A DNA stretch of 64,000 nt from Planctomycetota bacterium (GTDB lineage: Bacteria; Planctomycetota; MHYJ01; WSZJ01; JACPWG01), in the NCBI GenBank assembly GCA_016197205.1, contig JACPWG010000194.1, positions 52,429 through 116,428 of the forward strand, given 5' to 3'. The notes beneath the pieces are model-generated. The model was given only the letters and a program-made list of their open reading frames with translations, made no database searches and was not told the origin of the DNA. The position numbers were made by a program, and so were the translations under genes. Positions 62,466 through 64,000 of the stretch are shown one piece after another; position 1 is the stretch's first letter; every line of letters begins with the position of its first letter.

Positions 62466-63881
62466 CTACGTCCGCCTCGCCGACCGCGCGACGGTCTCCC
62501 TCAGCACGTCTGCCAGCCGCCCCGCCAACTCGCGCCGCGAGAAGCCCCGCACCGCCTCACGCGGCGCCCGCGGCATCCGGCCGCCCGCGAGGAAAGCCTC
62601 GAAGTGGCGGCGGAGTGCGCCCGAGATCCCTTCGACATCCTCCCCGCGCAGCGAACAGCCCGCGGCCAGCCCCCGTACGAGCGCGTCCTGGTCCCCCGCC
62701 GGCCCCAGCGCGAGCACCGGCCGGCCCGCGGCGAAGTACTCGAAGAGCTTGCCCGGCACGGCCCACGCATAGCCCGGATGGTTGACCTGCACGGACAGGA
62801 GCAGGTCCGCCTCCCGCATGCGGCGCACGGTCTCGCCGTGGTCGCGGGCTCCGAGCGTGCGCAGCCAAGGCGTCAAGGCGTGGCGCGCGAATTCGGCCTC
62901 GGCCTCGGCGTCTTTGGGGCCCAGGAGCACGACCTCCAGGGCGGTCGCGAGCCGTGGGTGCGCCTCGAGCGCGCGCCGCAGCGCGGGGCAGAAGCCCGCG
63001 AGCGACCGGCCGTACAGGCTCCCCGCGTGAAGGATGCGGAAGGTCCCGTCGGATGGCGCCGGCGCCTCGTCCGGAAAGTCCTCTTCGTCGAAGCCGTTCG
63101 GCAGCACCGTCAGCTTGCCCGCCGTCCCGGTCGGGCCGATCGACTCGAGGTGGCCCGCCAGGAGGCCGGACGTGGCGAGCACCCGGTCGGCCGCTCCGAG
63201 CACCCGCGCCTCCAGTGCACGCTCCGCGCGCGCATGCCACCGAGTAAGGGACGGGAGGTACGGGTCGCCCGTCCACATGTCGCGGTAGTCGACGATCCAG
63301 GGCAGGCGCGTGAGAAATTTCGCCGCCAAGGCCCCGGCTGCCACCGAGAACGGGGGCGAGGTCGTGAGCATGCACGCGATCGATGGGCGTCGGCGGACCG
63401 CCGCGAGCGCAGCGGCGGTCATCCACGGCGTCCAGGCCGCGCCGTCGTCGACCAGGCCCAGTCCCCGGAAAAGGCTCAGAAACGGGGAATAGCGGCGCTG
63501 AAACGGCCGCGCCGGCGCCGGCGGACCCGCCCCGGCCGCGGAAGCGGCATCGGGCATCCATGCGAGAAGCGCACTCTTGAGGTCCGAGAGAAGCCTTCGC
63601 GCCGGTTGCAGGTCCGCGGCGAACGTCCGGGTGACCCGAATCGCGGGCTCCACCACGTCGCCCTCGAGGAACGGATGCTCCGGCGCGGGCGCGCGAGGCG
63701 TCACGACCTCCACGTCCCAGCCGAACCGGGGGAGGTATTTCACGAGCTTGGCGATGCGGATGACCCCACCGCCGGGCGTGGGCGGAAACCGCTGGGTGAG
63801 CACGAGCAACGTCGGCCGGTCGTCGCCGGGACGCCCCCGCGTCCGTTCGGGCCCGTCCGACTCCGTCGCGCGGACGGCCAT
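62466..63881 (-). CDS. GT4-family glycosyltransferase
   Basis: PTLLVLTQRFPPTPGGGVIRIAKLVKYLPRFGWDVEVVTP...LLLSVQVNHPGYAWAVPGKLFEYFAAGRPVLAL. Confidence 0.8.
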   Translation of the reverse strand: MAVRATESDGPERTRGRPGDDRPTLLVLTQRFPPTPGGGVIRIAKLVKYLPRFGWDVEVVTPRAPAPEHPFLEGDVVEPAIRVTRTFAADLQPARRLLSDLKSALLAWMPDAASAAGAGPPAPARPFQRRYSPFLSLFRGLGLVDDGAAWTPWMTAAALAAVRRRPSIACMLTTSPPFSVAAGALAAKFLTRLPWIVDYRDMWTGDPYLPSLTRWHARAERALEARVLGAADRVLATSGLLAGHLESIGPTGTAGKLTVLPNGFDEEDFPDEAPAPSDGTFRILHAGSLYGRSLAGFCPALRRALEAHPRLATALEVVLLGPKDAEAEAEFARHALTPWLRTLGARDHGETVRRMREADLLLSVQVNHPGYAWAVPGKLFEYFAAGRPVLALGPAGDQDALVRGLAAGCSLRGEDVEGISGALRRHFEAFLAGGRMPRAPREAVRGFSRRELAGRLADVLRETVARSARRT

Positions 63882-63924
63882 CGCTGTCCTCCTCGCGTCG
63901 CGTCGATGAACTCCCGGGACGCTT

Positions 63925-64000
63925 CCTGGGGGCGGGGGCCTCCCGCTTTTGCTCGCTCACCCGCGAGCTACGGAGGGCAGGCCGGCCCGCGCGAGCCTGC
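63925..64000. repeat. REP-like GC palindrome, a further member of the dispersed family
   Basis: cctgggggcgggggcctcccgcttttgctcgctcacccgcgagctacggagggcaggccggcccgcgcgag. Compare 19420 gcctgggggcgcgggcctccctcctccgctcgctcgccgcgagctacggagcgcaggcccgcccgcgaga. Confidence 0.4.

Noticed and set aside
1-64000. CRISPR arrays, tRNA and rRNA genes
   Set aside because: No regularly spaced direct repeats with unique spacers were found. No T-loop (GGTTCGAATCC-like) or anticodon-arm structures and no rRNA-like conserved stretches were seen. All repeats found are palindromic REP or MITE types or AT-rich short repeats.

Overview
This is a high-GC (~70%) window from a Gram-negative bacterial chromosome, annotated by eye without database searches. 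It has four parts.

- **Signalling block (1-7 kb):** a partial FAD-linked oxidase, a MoxR-family AAA+ ATPase, a 1434-aa GGDEF-STAND ATPase-TPR/HEAT protein, and a stand-alone cNMP-binding protein.
- **Housekeeping genes (7-16.4 kb):** aroC, an AsmA-like outer-membrane assembly protein, a SAM-dependent methyltransferase, an HExxH metallopeptidase, and the conserved rpsB-tsf-pyrH-frr cluster.
- **Contractile-injection-system (CIS)-like island (16.9-35.4 kb, all on the minus strand):** a DUF4255 cap-like protein, two gp19-family tube paralogs, a LysM tube initiator, a gpD/VgrG-like protein, a gp25-like protein, a Baseplate_J protein, a P2 gpI-like wedge, and two fibre-like paralogs that share an N-terminal anchor domain. 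No sheath, no AAA+ ATPase and no PAAR gene is present in the window. The island is interspersed with three copies of a ~270-bp hairpin MITE, 147-bp direct repeats flanking the wedge-fibre pair, and REP-like GC palindromes. This is the main hunt result.
- **Exopolysaccharide/O-antigen-like locus (35.9-64 kb, at least 20 minus-strand genes):** aroK, a DUF2520 protein, many GT4 glycosyltransferases, a carbamoyltransferase, an AsnB-type amidotransferase, a Zn-ribbon methyltransferase, a FemAB-like protein, a deacetylase, an O-antigen-ligase-like protein, an epimerase, a GT39-like protein, an acetyltransferase and a Wzx flippase. Adjacent genes are chained by ATGA/GTGA stop-start overlaps.

No rRNA, tRNA or CRISPR array was found. 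Many long ORFs in the six-frame track are Pro/Arg-rich shadow frames of these genes and are rejected below.
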